This document shows positions 18,339-27,436 of a DNA stretch of 64,000 bases, piece by piece (position 1 is the first letter of the stretch; every line of letters begins with the position of its first letter). A program made the position numbers and the translations under genes. The notes below the pieces were generated by a model that saw only the letters and a list, made by a program, of their open reading frames with translations, was not told the DNA's origin and made no database searches. The DNA is taken from the NCBI GenBank assembly GCA_964440235.1, contig CAYTQI010000001.1:31444-95443 (forward strand), written 5' to 3'. Source of the stretch: an uncultured Planctomycetia bacterium. Its GTDB lineage: Bacteria; Omnitrophota; Gorgyraeia; JABMRN01; RBG-13-46-9.

Positions 18339-20366
18339 CTAATCCGTTTGGCGGCCTTTCTTTAGCTTTTCTGCGCGCCCAAGGCAGCGCTTTTCCATGT
18401 CAAAATCTCTCTTTAGGCGGTATGCTCGGCTCATGTTGTGATAGAGCTCACTCTTTTTGGGCGAGATAATAAGTGCCTTTCTGAAACAATGGATAGCTTT
18501 GTCGGGCAAACCATAAATGTTATACATGCTCCCTAAATCCATGAGTAAATCTACATTATCAGGGTTTGCCCTTGACGCGTTTTCAAGAAGATGCAACGCT
18601 TTTTCGTATTCACCGCGTTCGCGGTAAATAGTACTCAAATAAAGGGCCGCCTCACTCCCGGCCGGATCCTTTTCAAGCGCGACAGTAAAATATTCGGCGG
18701 CTTCATCCGTTTTTCCCTGCCTGTATTTCACGATTCCCGCGTGAACATAACCCAGAGCCGAATGCGGGTTAATTTCTATGGCTCTCATGAATTCCTTTTC
18801 CGCATCCGGAAGTTTATTTTCGCTCTTATGAATCAATCCCAGGTATACGTAAGGCAAGTCCAGTGATTTGTCTTTCGCGATTGCTTTTTTGAAATAATCA
18901 CGGGCCATTCCGATTTTTTTCATCCCAAAATATATCACGCCGATATTGTAGTATCCTTCGGCATAGTCGGGATGTAGCTTTACAAGTTCTTTTTCGGTTA
19001 ACAGCGCCGTTTTGAATCGCCCTTTCGCAAAATACGCCATTCCGAGATTGCCTATTGTGAGCCGGTCTTCAGGCCGGCGCCTTAAAATTTCTTTGAAAAG
19101 AGTTATGTCGTCCCGCCAAAATAAATTTTCCCTTATGGAAAGGGCCGAATAAAGCGATGCGAGGGTTATTCCAAACATAAATAAATAATTTCTGAACTTT
19201 CCTTTGAAGGCGGAGGAGAAAATTGAATTCAACAAATATGCCGCGAGGAAAAAAAAGCCGATTGAAGGCAGGTACAGCCAGTGATCCGCCCGGACAGCGT
19301 TGATCCTCGAAAAGATATTAGAAACAGGTAAAAGTGAAAAAAGAAAGAAAAAAATAAAAAAGCTTACTTCTTTTTTTTTGTTTTTTAAAAGGATACCCAA
19401 AACGATAAGAAGAGTGACAAGCAAAAGAGGCACTGCGCAGCGCGGCTCTAAAAAGCTACTGGCAAGATATGCGCTCTTGCGCATGCATAAATCAACTGGC
19501 GCTGTCAATGTACCCATGTACTGCCCCACAATGAGCGGGAATGTAAAAATGTACCCGAAAAAACTGCTGCCCGGAAAAGCCGCGGGAAGTGTCTGAAATA
19601 AGTGCCCTGCCCTGAACACGGCATAAATGAGCAACACACACCCGCATGCCCAGTACGGCCTCAAAACCCCGTTCCACTGCGTCAGTGGAAAACCTGTTCC
19701 ACCGGATTTTCCACTGACGCAGTGGAACGGGTTAAAAATGAGATCGTATAAGGCAAAAATAAAAATAGTTATGACAGCCATTTCTTTAGATAAAAGCGCC
19801 AAAGTGAAGCCGGAAGTGGACATTAAAAGAAAACGTATTTTCAGGTTTTTCCTGTATTTTATAAAAGCGAGAAATGAAACAAGAAAAAATAAAGCAAATA
19901 ATGAATCGGCCCTTCCGGATAAATAAGTCACGACTCCGTAGTGAACCGGATGACACACAAAAAAAAGTGCCGTTAAAAATGAAAGCATCTTTTTTTTCGC
20001 GATATTATCTACGAGAAAAAATATCATTACGGCGTTTACTATGTGAAGAAAGATGTTAGTGATGTGATAACCAAAAGGGTTGAATCCCCACACGCGGTAA
20101 TCAATAACATAACTTAAGTTCTGTAGCGGCCTGTAAAAAAGTGTTTTCGCGAAACCGGTATTGTCCAGGTCCTGTGAGAAAATTTTTATTACGTCAGGAC
20201 GGTGTATAAATGGATTTTTTAAAATCAGGTAGTGATCGTCCCACACAAAACCGTTATAAAGAGTATTAAAGTAAGTTACAAAACCGAATAGCGCAATAAT
20301 TCCCAGATACAAAAAGGGCAGCGATTTTTTCGCTGCCCTTTTTGAGTGCATATCGTTGTAAGCCAT
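18339..20366 (-). CDS. TMTC-like GT-C glycosyltransferase with TPR repeats, coupled to the pilin gene
   Basis: Motifs FVWDD, FYRP, HPVH...YLSGRAD, SKEMA and ADHWLYLPS, with multiple TPRs. ATG at 20366 overlaps the pilin TAA (TAATG). Confidence 0.8.
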   Translation of the reverse strand: MAYNDMHSKRAAKKSLPFLYLGIIALFGFVTYFNTLYNGFVWDDHYLILKNPFIHRPDVIKIFSQDLDNTGFAKTLFYRPLQNLSYVIDYRVWGFNPFGYHITNIFLHIVNAVMIFFLVDNIAKKKMLSFLTALFFVCHPVHYGVVTYLSGRADSLFALFFLVSFLAFIKYRKNLKIRFLLMSTSGFTLALLSKEMAVITIFIFALYDLIFNPFHCVSGKSGGTGFPLTQWNGVLRPYWACGCVLLIYAVFRAGHLFQTLPAAFPGSSFFGYIFTFPLIVGQYMGTLTAPVDLCMRKSAYLASSFLEPRCAVPLLLVTLLIVLGILLKNKKKEVSFFIFFFLFSLLPVSNIFSRINAVRADHWLYLPSIGFFFLAAYLLNSIFSSAFKGKFRNYLFMFGITLASLYSALSIRENLFWRDDITLFKEILRRRPEDRLTIGNLGMAYFAKGRFKTALLTEKELVKLHPDYAEGYYNIGVIYFGMKKIGMARDYFKKAIAKDKSLDLPYVYLGLIHKSENKLPDAEKEFMRAIEINPHSALGYVHAGIVKYRQGKTDEAAEYFTVALEKDPAGSEAALYLSTIYRERGEYEKALHLLENASRANPDNVDLLMDLGSMYNIYGLPDKAIHCFRKALIISPKKSELYHNMSRAYRLKRDFDMEKRCLGRAEKLKKGRQTD
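19668..19731. repeat. Perfect 25-bp inverted repeat with self-palindromic arms, inside a CDS
   Basis: cccgttccactgcgtcagtggaaaa - 14 nt - ttttccactgacgcagtggaacggg. Confidence 0.95.
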
Positions 20367-20728
20367 TAAGCCTGGACCGGAACGCTCGCCGTTCCGTGAA
20401 CAGCACATGACGGCTCAGCCGACACCGCGCCAACGGTATATGCTCCACCGGACGGACATACAGGCGTTCTTTTCAGGTACGTCGGAATTAATCCTGTACC
20501 GGCAGTGCCATCAAGCGTTGGCGTATCTGTTTCCGCTTTGTTCAGGTCAATCGCCCATACCTGCTTCGCTCCGTCAATCTGCTTCAGATTGGCGATGCAG
20601 GCGTTTGTTCTCGCCAGGACACGTGCCCTTACAAAGTTCGGAATGGCTATCGCCGCTAATAGACCAATAATTGCCACAACGATCATGATTTCAACCAGCG
20701 TAAAGCCTTTTTTGTTCATTTTCCTCAT
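20366..20728 (-). CDS. Type IV pilin (probable major pilin)
   Basis: KKG|FTLVEIMIVVAIIGLLAAIAIPNF; short head with a CPSGG...CAVHG Cys pair; SD AGAGGTG and a dedicated consensus promoter. Confidence 0.92.
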   Translation of the reverse strand: MRKMNKKGFTLVEIMIVVAIIGLLAAIAIPNFVRARVLARTNACIANLKQIDGAKQVWAIDLNKAETDTPTLDGTAGTGLIPTYLKRTPVCPSGGAYTVGAVSAEPSCAVHGTASVPVQA

Positions 20729-20830
20729 TATCTTTCACCTCTCTTTCCTCCCTCAGGTAATTGATGCCTTTCACAGGGAATATTTATTAAGCCCCATAAA
20801 AGGCATTCTCGAGGGAATCCTCTTGTTTCA

Positions 20831-20859
20831 AGTATATCACAGAAATAGCCGATTGTCAA
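20831..20859 (-). promoter_or_regulatory. Near-consensus sigma70 promoter of the pilin gene
   Basis: TTGACA-17 nt-TATACT, with TGTG upstream of the -10. Confidence 0.8.
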
Positions 20860-20880
20860 GACCCCGACGGTAAAAGCAGT

Positions 20881-21062
20881 AGGGACGGGGCATTTGGTGA
20901 TCTCTGGGGTGTCCCCTCCTTAACCCCACCCCAGGAAACCCCCTCACCTTACAGTTTAGAAGCAGTTAAAAATAGAGCGAAGACAAGATTGTTTTGCCAT
21001 AAAGGGGACACCCCAGAGTTACCATGCGGGACACCCCAGAGATCACCAAATGCCCCGTCCCT
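20881..21062. mobile_element. 182-bp MITE/REPIN-like element with perfect 35-bp terminal inverted repeats
   Basis: agggacggggcatttggtgatctctggggtgtccc (20881-20915) is the exact reverse complement of 21028-21062. A partial third copy lies at 21004-21024. The repeat is certain; mobility is inferred. Confidence 0.65.
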
Positions 21063-21097
21063 CGGAATCCGGAATCTTGGTAAGTGGTGGGAGAGGA

Positions 21098-22318
21098 TTA
21101 GCTGCCAACGAGAGTGGTAATCTTCAATATAGGCAAAAACATGCAGATAACTATGCCGCCTATGACAATACCGAGAAAGGCTATTATAAGAGGCTCAATA
21201 AGGCTCGTAAGGCCACTGACGGCCGCATCTACCTGCTCGTCATAGAAATCCGCTATTTTAGTCAACATTTTCTCGAGTTCCCCTGTCTGTTCGCCCACAG
21301 AAACCATACGCACCACCATCGGCGGAAATGCCCCGCTTCTCGCCAGCGGGTCCGCGATCGGCTCCCCCTCTTTTACGTTCGCCCTGACACTGTCAACCGC
21401 CGCCTCTATGACACGGTTTCCGGATGTCTTGCTGACAATTTCAAGAGAACCCAGAATCGGAACGCCGCTTCGTATAAGCGTAGAAAGCGTCCTTGTAAAT
21501 TTGCCTACCGCTACTTTACTCGCGAGAGGGCCGAATATAAGCATTTTTAGTTTAATCCTGTCCAGATTCATTCTCCCTTTTTCTGTTTTGGCGTACTTCT
21601 TCAGAAAGAAAACCCCCAGCACCACGGCTCCTATCACTACGTAAAAGTACCTCCTCATAAAATTACTCACGTTGATCATAATCTGCGTTGGCGTGGGTAA
21701 TTTGGCGCCAAAACCGGCGTATATATCGCCGAAAACGGGAACCACCTTTATCAGCAAAAAAACAGTTATCGCGATCGCCATAAACGTCACCACCACGGGA
21801 TATACCAGAGCCGCCTTTATTTTTTTATTCAGCGCGCTTGTTTTCTCCAGATACCCGGCGAGGCGATCCAATATCTCATCCAGCGTACCGCTCGATTCGC
21901 CGGCACGTACCATATTGATAAAAAGGGGTGAAAAAACATTCGCGTGTTTGGACAACCCTTCGGACAGGCTCGAACCCGTTTCAACGTCATCCCGTATCTT
22001 GGAGATAACCTTCTTTAATGACGGGTGTTCAATTTGCTCGGCCAGGATATCGAGCGCGGTAACAAGCGGGATACCAGCGTCAACCATCGTGGCAAGCTGA
22101 CGGGAAAATATAACAAGATCGTCAATTTTAATTTTTTTATTTTTCATCTTCCCGAGAAAACCAAGCGAAAGAATACGCTTTCCGCCCTCTTCAAGAGAAA
22201 TTATGGTAAGGGCCTTTGCCCGCAGTGACTGAATGGCAGCATCCCTTGAGGGCGTATCAACAACGCCCTTCAGCGTCTTTCCGGCCCTGTCCTTAACTAC
22301 ATATTTGTATTTTGCCAT
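21098..22318 (-). CDS. pilC: Type IV pilus platform protein PilC (GspF family)
   Basis: Motifs FSRQLATMVDAGIP, AGESSGTL, ALVYP and VGEQTGEL. Confidence 0.95.
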   Translation of the reverse strand: MAKYKYVVKDRAGKTLKGVVDTPSRDAAIQSLRAKALTIISLEEGGKRILSLGFLGKMKNKKIKIDDLVIFSRQLATMVDAGIPLVTALDILAEQIEHPSLKKVISKIRDDVETGSSLSEGLSKHANVFSPLFINMVRAGESSGTLDEILDRLAGYLEKTSALNKKIKAALVYPVVVTFMAIAITVFLLIKVVPVFGDIYAGFGAKLPTPTQIMINVSNFMRRYFYVVIGAVVLGVFFLKKYAKTEKGRMNLDRIKLKMLIFGPLASKVAVGKFTRTLSTLIRSGVPILGSLEIVSKTSGNRVIEAAVDSVRANVKEGEPIADPLARSGAFPPMVVRMVSVGEQTGELEKMLTKIADFYDEQVDAAVSGLTSLIEPLIIAFLGIVIGGIVICMFLPILKITTLVGS

Positions 22319-22324
22319 TGATCT

Positions 22325-24049
22325 TTATTCCCCCGTAGTTATTCTCAAAACCTCTTCCAGCGTCGTCAGGCCCGCGGCGAAGTTCTCCAGGGCGCTGTCT
22401 CTAAGTGTCATCATGCCGCGCGAAACAGCGTACTTTTTTATCTCATCGTTCGGCACCCTTTTAATGATCATATCCCGTATTTCGTCGTCTATGGGAAGAG
22501 CTTCCAGGACTCCCAGTCTGCCCATGTAACCGCTATTGTTGCACCGCGGGCAACCCTTGCCGCGATAAAAAGGCCTGCGCTTCATGAGGGCATCGATATT
22601 TATGTTGCCGCCTATTCTTTCAAGGACGGCGCGCGGAATATCAACCGGCTCCTTGCACCTGGGGCAAATCTTACGTTGCAGGCGCTGGGCCGCCGGGAGA
22701 ACAAGGCTCGCGGCTATGAGAAACGGCTCGACCCCCATATCTATGAGGCGCGTTATGGCTCCGGCGGCGTCATTTGTGTGAAGGGTGCTTAAAACGATCT
22801 GTCCCGTCAGGGACGCCTTGATAGCGATGTCAGCCGTTTCAAAATCCCTTATTTCCCCGACCATTACAATATCGGGGCTCTGTCTTAAAATCGAACGCAG
22901 GCCGTTTGCGAATGTCAAGCCGATGTCGGCGTTCGCCTGTATCTGGGTTATACCTTCCACCTCGTACTCGACCGGATCCTCTATCGTAACAATATTTTTT
23001 TCCGGGGTGTTAAGCTTGTTAATTATTGAGTATAGTGTCGTGGATTTACCGCTTCCCGTGGGGCCCGTCAGAAGAATCATGCCGAAAGGCTTCTCCAGCG
23101 CTTTTGTAAAAGCGGATAAAGGTTTCTCGAGAAAACCCAGCTTGTCCAGCCCCACACTAAGGTTTGATTTATCCAGAGCCCTTAGAACAATTTTATTACC
23201 GAAAGATATCGGCAAAACGCTTACCCTGAAATCTATTTCCCGCTGGCCCAATTTTATCCTAAAACGCCCATCCTGCGGAATCCTGCTTTCCGTTATGTCC
23301 AGCCGCGACATGATTTTTATTCTCGCGAGAACGGCGTTCTGGTTTTTTCTAGGCAGCCTGAGCGCTTCGCGAAGCGTACCGTCAACCCTGTATCTTACCC
23401 TTAAATCCCTCTCGCACGGCTCAATATGAATGTCGCTCGCCCTTGCCCTTAACGCCTCGTTCAGTATAAGCGAAACGATCTTGACAATAGGGGCCTTCTG
23501 GCTCTCGGCGGTAATTTCGCTTATATCTATTTTTTCTTCCTCAACGACTTCCACACTTTCACCGTCAACACCCTTGATCACCGAAGAAAGATCCTCCCCC
23601 GGGGCACCAAACGTCCGCGCCAGGGTTTCTTTTATGTCGTTGCCGGCGGCGATAACGGTATCAATATTTTCTATGTCGCGCGGGACAGTTGATTTTATGT
23701 CATCAATAGCGAGAATATCCGTAGGATCCGACATCGCTACGGTAAGCGTATTCCCGATCCTGGATATGGGAATCAGGATGTGTTTAACAGCCAGTTTTTC
23801 AGGTATAAGTTTTGCCACGTTCGGATCCACCTTGTATTTGGAAAGGTCTATCGGCGGTATATCCAGTTCCGCGCTCAAAAATATCATCAAGTCCTTATGC
23901 GAAATGATTTTTTCGCCGATCAGAATCTTCCCTATGCTGCCGCCGCGTTTTTTATGTATATTTAAAATTTTTTTAAGCTGGGGCTTTCCCAGGATATTTT
24001 TTTCCTGAAGCAGGTCAAGAAGTTTATCCGATATTGTTCTTTTTTTCAT
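22325..24049 (-). CDS. pilB: PilB/GspE family extension ATPase (copy 2 in operon order)
   Basis: Motifs ASDIHIEP, PQDGR, GPTGSGKST, VGEIRD and STLHTND, plus two CxxC Zn-site motifs. Confidence 0.92.
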   Translation of the reverse strand: MKKRTISDKLLDLLQEKNILGKPQLKKILNIHKKRGGSIGKILIGEKIISHKDLMIFLSAELDIPPIDLSKYKVDPNVAKLIPEKLAVKHILIPISRIGNTLTVAMSDPTDILAIDDIKSTVPRDIENIDTVIAAGNDIKETLARTFGAPGEDLSSVIKGVDGESVEVVEEEKIDISEITAESQKAPIVKIVSLILNEALRARASDIHIEPCERDLRVRYRVDGTLREALRLPRKNQNAVLARIKIMSRLDITESRIPQDGRFRIKLGQREIDFRVSVLPISFGNKIVLRALDKSNLSVGLDKLGFLEKPLSAFTKALEKPFGMILLTGPTGSGKSTTLYSIINKLNTPEKNIVTIEDPVEYEVEGITQIQANADIGLTFANGLRSILRQSPDIVMVGEIRDFETADIAIKASLTGQIVLSTLHTNDAAGAITRLIDMGVEPFLIAASLVLPAAQRLQRKICPRCKEPVDIPRAVLERIGGNINIDALMKRRPFYRGKGCPRCNNSGYMGRLGVLEALPIDDEIRDMIIKRVPNDEIKKYAVSRGMMTLRDSALENFAAGLTTLEEVLRITTGE

Positions 24050-24067
24050 CAGCGTGTTATTGTAAGT

Positions 24068-24090
24068 CCCTGAAATTAAAAATTTTAGGG
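24068..24090. repeat. Short hairpin between the two pilB genes
   Basis: ccctgaaatt-aaa-aattttaggg (9/10 pairing). Confidence 0.4.
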
Positions 24091-24118
24091 GTGAAGCAAC
24101 TTATCTGTCCGGCTCCAC

Positions 24119-25855
24119 TTATTTAACGGCAATATCCTGATCCCCCACGGTAACGCGCAATACTTCTTCTACGGTCGTTTCCCCGCGCAAAATTTTCCTT
24201 ACGCCGTTTTCGCGCAACGTGCTCATATTTTCTCTGCGCGCCTGCTCCCGGATTACGTGCTCCTGGGACTTTTCCAGGATAAGACGGCGGATCTCCGGGG
24301 ACAATGTAAGTGTTTCGATCAGCCCCACCCTCCCCTTGTACCCTGTGTTACGGCACGCCTTGCACCCCTTCCCCCTGTAAACAGTATTTTTCGCGCCCGG
24401 TTCAAGCTTAAGCAGCTTTGAGGTTACCTCGTCTAACTTATAAGATTCCTTGCAGCTTTCGCAAATCTTGCGAACAAGACGCTGCGCGGCCACCAGGATC
24501 ATACTGGAGGTTATAAGAAAAGGCTCTACCCCCATATTCACCAGGCGAACCACTGAACCGCTGGCCGTTGTGGTATGCAGGGTGCTCAAGACAAGGTGTC
24601 CGGTCAAAGCCGCTTTAATAGCGATATCCACGGTTTCAAAGTCACGTATCTCCCCGACCATTATTATATCCGGGTCCTGCCGCAGAAACGAACGCAGGCT
24701 TGAGCCGAACGTAAGGTTTAAATCCGGCTTCACGGTAAGCTGGTTTATCCCCTCGAGTTGATATTCCACCGGGTCCTCGGCTGTGATTATATTTTTTTCC
24801 GGTGAGTCTATCAGCTTCAATATCGAATAAAGAGTGGTTGTTTTGCCGCAACCTGTGGGGCCGCATAAAAGAATCATCCCGTGCGGTTTCGCGGCCGCTT
24901 TTTTTAAATTTTCCAGGCTTTCTTTTTCAAATCCAAGCTTATCAAGGTCAAGCATGGCCTGCGACTTGTCCAGTATCCTGAGCGCTACCTTTTCGCCGTT
25001 CGAGGAAGGCATGACGGAAATCCTGAAATCGACCTCTTTATTGTCTATCTTGGCTTTAAAACGGCCATCCTGCGGAAGCCGCCTTTCGGCTATGTTTAGA
25101 TTTGATATAACCTTTAACCGCGAAACAAGCGCCGGATGAATTTTTTTCGGCGGATACTGCGCCTCCTGCAAAATACCGTCTACCCGGTATCTCACCCTCA
25201 TGGTATTTTCAAGCGGCTCTATCAAAATGTCACTCGCCCGCGCTTTAACGCCCTCGGCAAGCAGCATGTTTGTTATTTTGACAACAGGGGCTTCCTGTAT
25301 AAGTTTTACAAGCTGCGAAGACGAAATAGCGTCCGCGTTTTCTTCTATCACCTCAATGCCGCCGTCCGATTCCATTCCGTCTATAATTTTTTCTATCGCC
25401 TCATGCGTTCCGGCCTCGTAATATTCGGCTATTCCGTCATCTATCTCTTTTTCACTCGCTATAACGACGCTTATTTTACATTCGGTAATCGCCGCAATGT
25501 CATCAACGGCGAAAACATTAAGCGGGTCAGCCACGGCTATAGTTAAAAATTTTCCCATTTTTGAAACCGGCAGAACATGGTAATTTTTCGCCGTTTTTTT
25601 TGGAAGGAGCCTGATCACTTCGGGAGAAATTTTATAACGCGAAAGGTCGATTGGAGGAATACCGAGTTCCTCGCTTAAAGCGGATGTAAGATCGGCTCTC
25701 GAGACGACGCCCATGCCGACGAGTATATCGCTTAGCTTGCCGCCCTTTTCTTTCTGTATCGCGAGGGCTTTCCTGATATCATTTTCTACGAGTATCTTCT
25801 TTTTGCAAAGAGTCGCGGTAACCTTATCTTTTATTGAAAGGGCGTCATCGCGCAT
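24119..25855 (-). CDS. pilB: PilB/GspE family extension ATPase (copy 1 in operon order)
   Basis: Motifs PQDGR, GPTGCGKTT, VGEIRD, STLHTTT and CESC...CKAC. Confidence 0.92.
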   Translation of the reverse strand: MRDDALSIKDKVTATLCKKKILVENDIRKALAIQKEKGGKLSDILVGMGVVSRADLTSALSEELGIPPIDLSRYKISPEVIRLLPKKTAKNYHVLPVSKMGKFLTIAVADPLNVFAVDDIAAITECKISVVIASEKEIDDGIAEYYEAGTHEAIEKIIDGMESDGGIEVIEENADAISSSQLVKLIQEAPVVKITNMLLAEGVKARASDILIEPLENTMRVRYRVDGILQEAQYPPKKIHPALVSRLKVISNLNIAERRLPQDGRFKAKIDNKEVDFRISVMPSSNGEKVALRILDKSQAMLDLDKLGFEKESLENLKKAAAKPHGMILLCGPTGCGKTTTLYSILKLIDSPEKNIITAEDPVEYQLEGINQLTVKPDLNLTFGSSLRSFLRQDPDIIMVGEIRDFETVDIAIKAALTGHLVLSTLHTTTASGSVVRLVNMGVEPFLITSSMILVAAQRLVRKICESCKESYKLDEVTSKLLKLEPGAKNTVYRGKGCKACRNTGYKGRVGLIETLTLSPEIRRLILEKSQEHVIREQARRENMSTLRENGVRKILRGETTVEEVLRVTVGDQDIAVK

Positions 25856-26311
25856 TTATTTTTTTTCTTTGGCGTAAAATTTCTCAATCGCGTTTAAAAT
25901 ATCCGTCATTGTGCTGACGAATACCTGTACATTGCACTTGGTTAATAGCTCTATATCTTCGATTGCTTTTACGTTCAGCGGGTTTGACATGGCGACCGTA
26001 AGCGTATCGGCTATTTTATCTACGGCCATCAGGCAATACTGACGGGCCACGTTTTCCGGTATAAGCTGTACTATATTTTTTGAAAGTTCGTAATTTGCGA
26101 GTGGGAGGTAAGGAAATCCGTACTGAACGGTAAGGGCCTGCGCTATTTCCTCTTCTTTCGTGAATCCCAATACAACGAGAATCTGTCCGACGAGGCCGCC
26201 TTTCTGCTTCTGCATTTCAAGGGCCTTATCGAGCTGGGCTTTTGTTATAAGCCCTCTTTCTATCAGAAGTTCTCCGAGCTGTTTTTTCACAAGACGCCTG
26301 AATGGAAGCAT
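25856..26311 (-). CDS. Stand-alone MshEN/GSPII-E N-terminal domain protein (putative c-di-GMP receptor)
   Basis: QLGELLIERGLITKAQLDKALEMQ-KQKGG-LVGQILVVLGFTKEEEIAQALTVQ, then an N1E-type domain (TVAMSNPLN). No ATPase domain. Confidence 0.85.
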   Translation of the reverse strand: MLPFRRLVKKQLGELLIERGLITKAQLDKALEMQKQKGGLVGQILVVLGFTKEEEIAQALTVQYGFPYLPLANYELSKNIVQLIPENVARQYCLMAVDKIADTLTVAMSNPLNVKAIEDIELLTKCNVQVFVSTMTDILNAIEKFYAKEKK

Positions 26312-26317
26312 TTTATC

Positions 26318-27385
26318 CTACCTCGCCTTGATTAGTTTTTCAAATTCATCCGGGTTTGTCGTCTTGCACAGGCATGATTCCAGGGATACAACGCCCCTGT
26401 TGCACAATTCCGCGAGCGACTGATTCATCGTCTTCATGCCGCTTTTCTGCGAAGTCTGTATAATGGAATACATCTGGTGAATTTTCCCCTCGCGTATAAG
26501 GCTTCTGGCCGCCGGCGTGGCTGTAAGGACCTCTGTGCCGAGAGCCCTGCCCGAGTGCCCGGTTTTCGGAATCAACTGCTGCGAAAGCACGGCGAGAAGA
26601 ACAAACGAAAGTTGTGTCCGTATCTGCTGCTGCTGGTGTGAAGGAAATACGTCGATTACCCTGTTTATCGTCTGAACCGCATCCGAGGTATGCAGTGTGG
26701 CGAAAACCAGGTGTCCGGTTTCGGCGATTATCAACGCGCTTTCTATCGTCTCAAGATCCCTCATCTCCCCTATTAGTATCACATCCGGGTCCTGTCGTAA
26801 TACGTGTTTTAATGACGCACCGAAAGAACGTGTATCCCTGTAAACCTCTCTCTGGTCAACAATGGATTTTTTATTCTTGTGCACAAATTCTATCGGATCC
26901 TCAATCGTGACAATGTGGCATTCCCTGCGCTCATTTATGAAATTAATCATCGAGGCAAGGGTAGTTGATTTTCCGCTCCCCGTGGCGCCTGTAACAAGAA
27001 CAAGCCCTTTCGGCTTTGCGCAAAGATCGGTTACCACTCCTAACGGAAGGCCGCACTGTTCAAACGTCATTATCTCAAACGGAATAAGCCTTATGGCGCA
27101 GCCCACCGCTTCCCTCTGGTAAAAAACGTTTACCCTGAAACGCGCCAGATTATGAATTTCAAAAGAAAAATCAAGTTCCCAGTCTCTCTCGAACTGCTTT
27201 ATCTGCTCGGGCTTAAGAAGCGCGTACACGCTCTCTCTAACCTCATCGCGATTAAGAATCATTTTATCCACGGGGCAAAGCTTTTCGTCTATCCTGAAAT
27301 GAACCGGTGAGTTTGCCGTAATATGCAGGTCGGAAGCCTTTCTCTCTTTCATCGTCTTTAACAGGCTTTTTACATCTACTTTCAT
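26318..27385 (-). CDS. pilT: Type IV pilus retraction ATPase
   Basis: Motifs ASDLHI, GATGSGKST, GEMRD, ATLHT and an AIRNLIRE-like AARSLIRE. Confidence 0.95.
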   Translation of the reverse strand: MKVDVKSLLKTMKERKASDLHITANSPVHFRIDEKLCPVDKMILNRDEVRESVYALLKPEQIKQFERDWELDFSFEIHNLARFRVNVFYQREAVGCAIRLIPFEIMTFEQCGLPLGVVTDLCAKPKGLVLVTGATGSGKSTTLASMINFINERRECHIVTIEDPIEFVHKNKKSIVDQREVYRDTRSFGASLKHVLRQDPDVILIGEMRDLETIESALIIAETGHLVFATLHTSDAVQTINRVIDVFPSHQQQQIRTQLSFVLLAVLSQQLIPKTGHSGRALGTEVLTATPAARSLIREGKIHQMYSIIQTSQKSGMKTMNQSLAELCNRGVVSLESCLCKTTNPDEFEKLIKAR

Positions 27386-27436
27386 CCATCGCTCCTGTTC
27401 TATAGTTCTTCGTACGCCTTAAGCCGTCCCTTCGGG

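Noticed and set aside
20729-20830. c-di-GMP riboswitch in the ~100-nt pilin leader
   Set aside because: I could not identify the GEMM (GGCAAA...GNRA/receptor) or class II consensus. An Rfam scan would be needed to exclude it fully.
20831-21062. Invertible pilin promoter (phase-variation switch)
   Set aside because: The consensus promoter lies outside the inverted repeats and no recombinase is present in the window. Kept only as a MITE/REPIN-like element.
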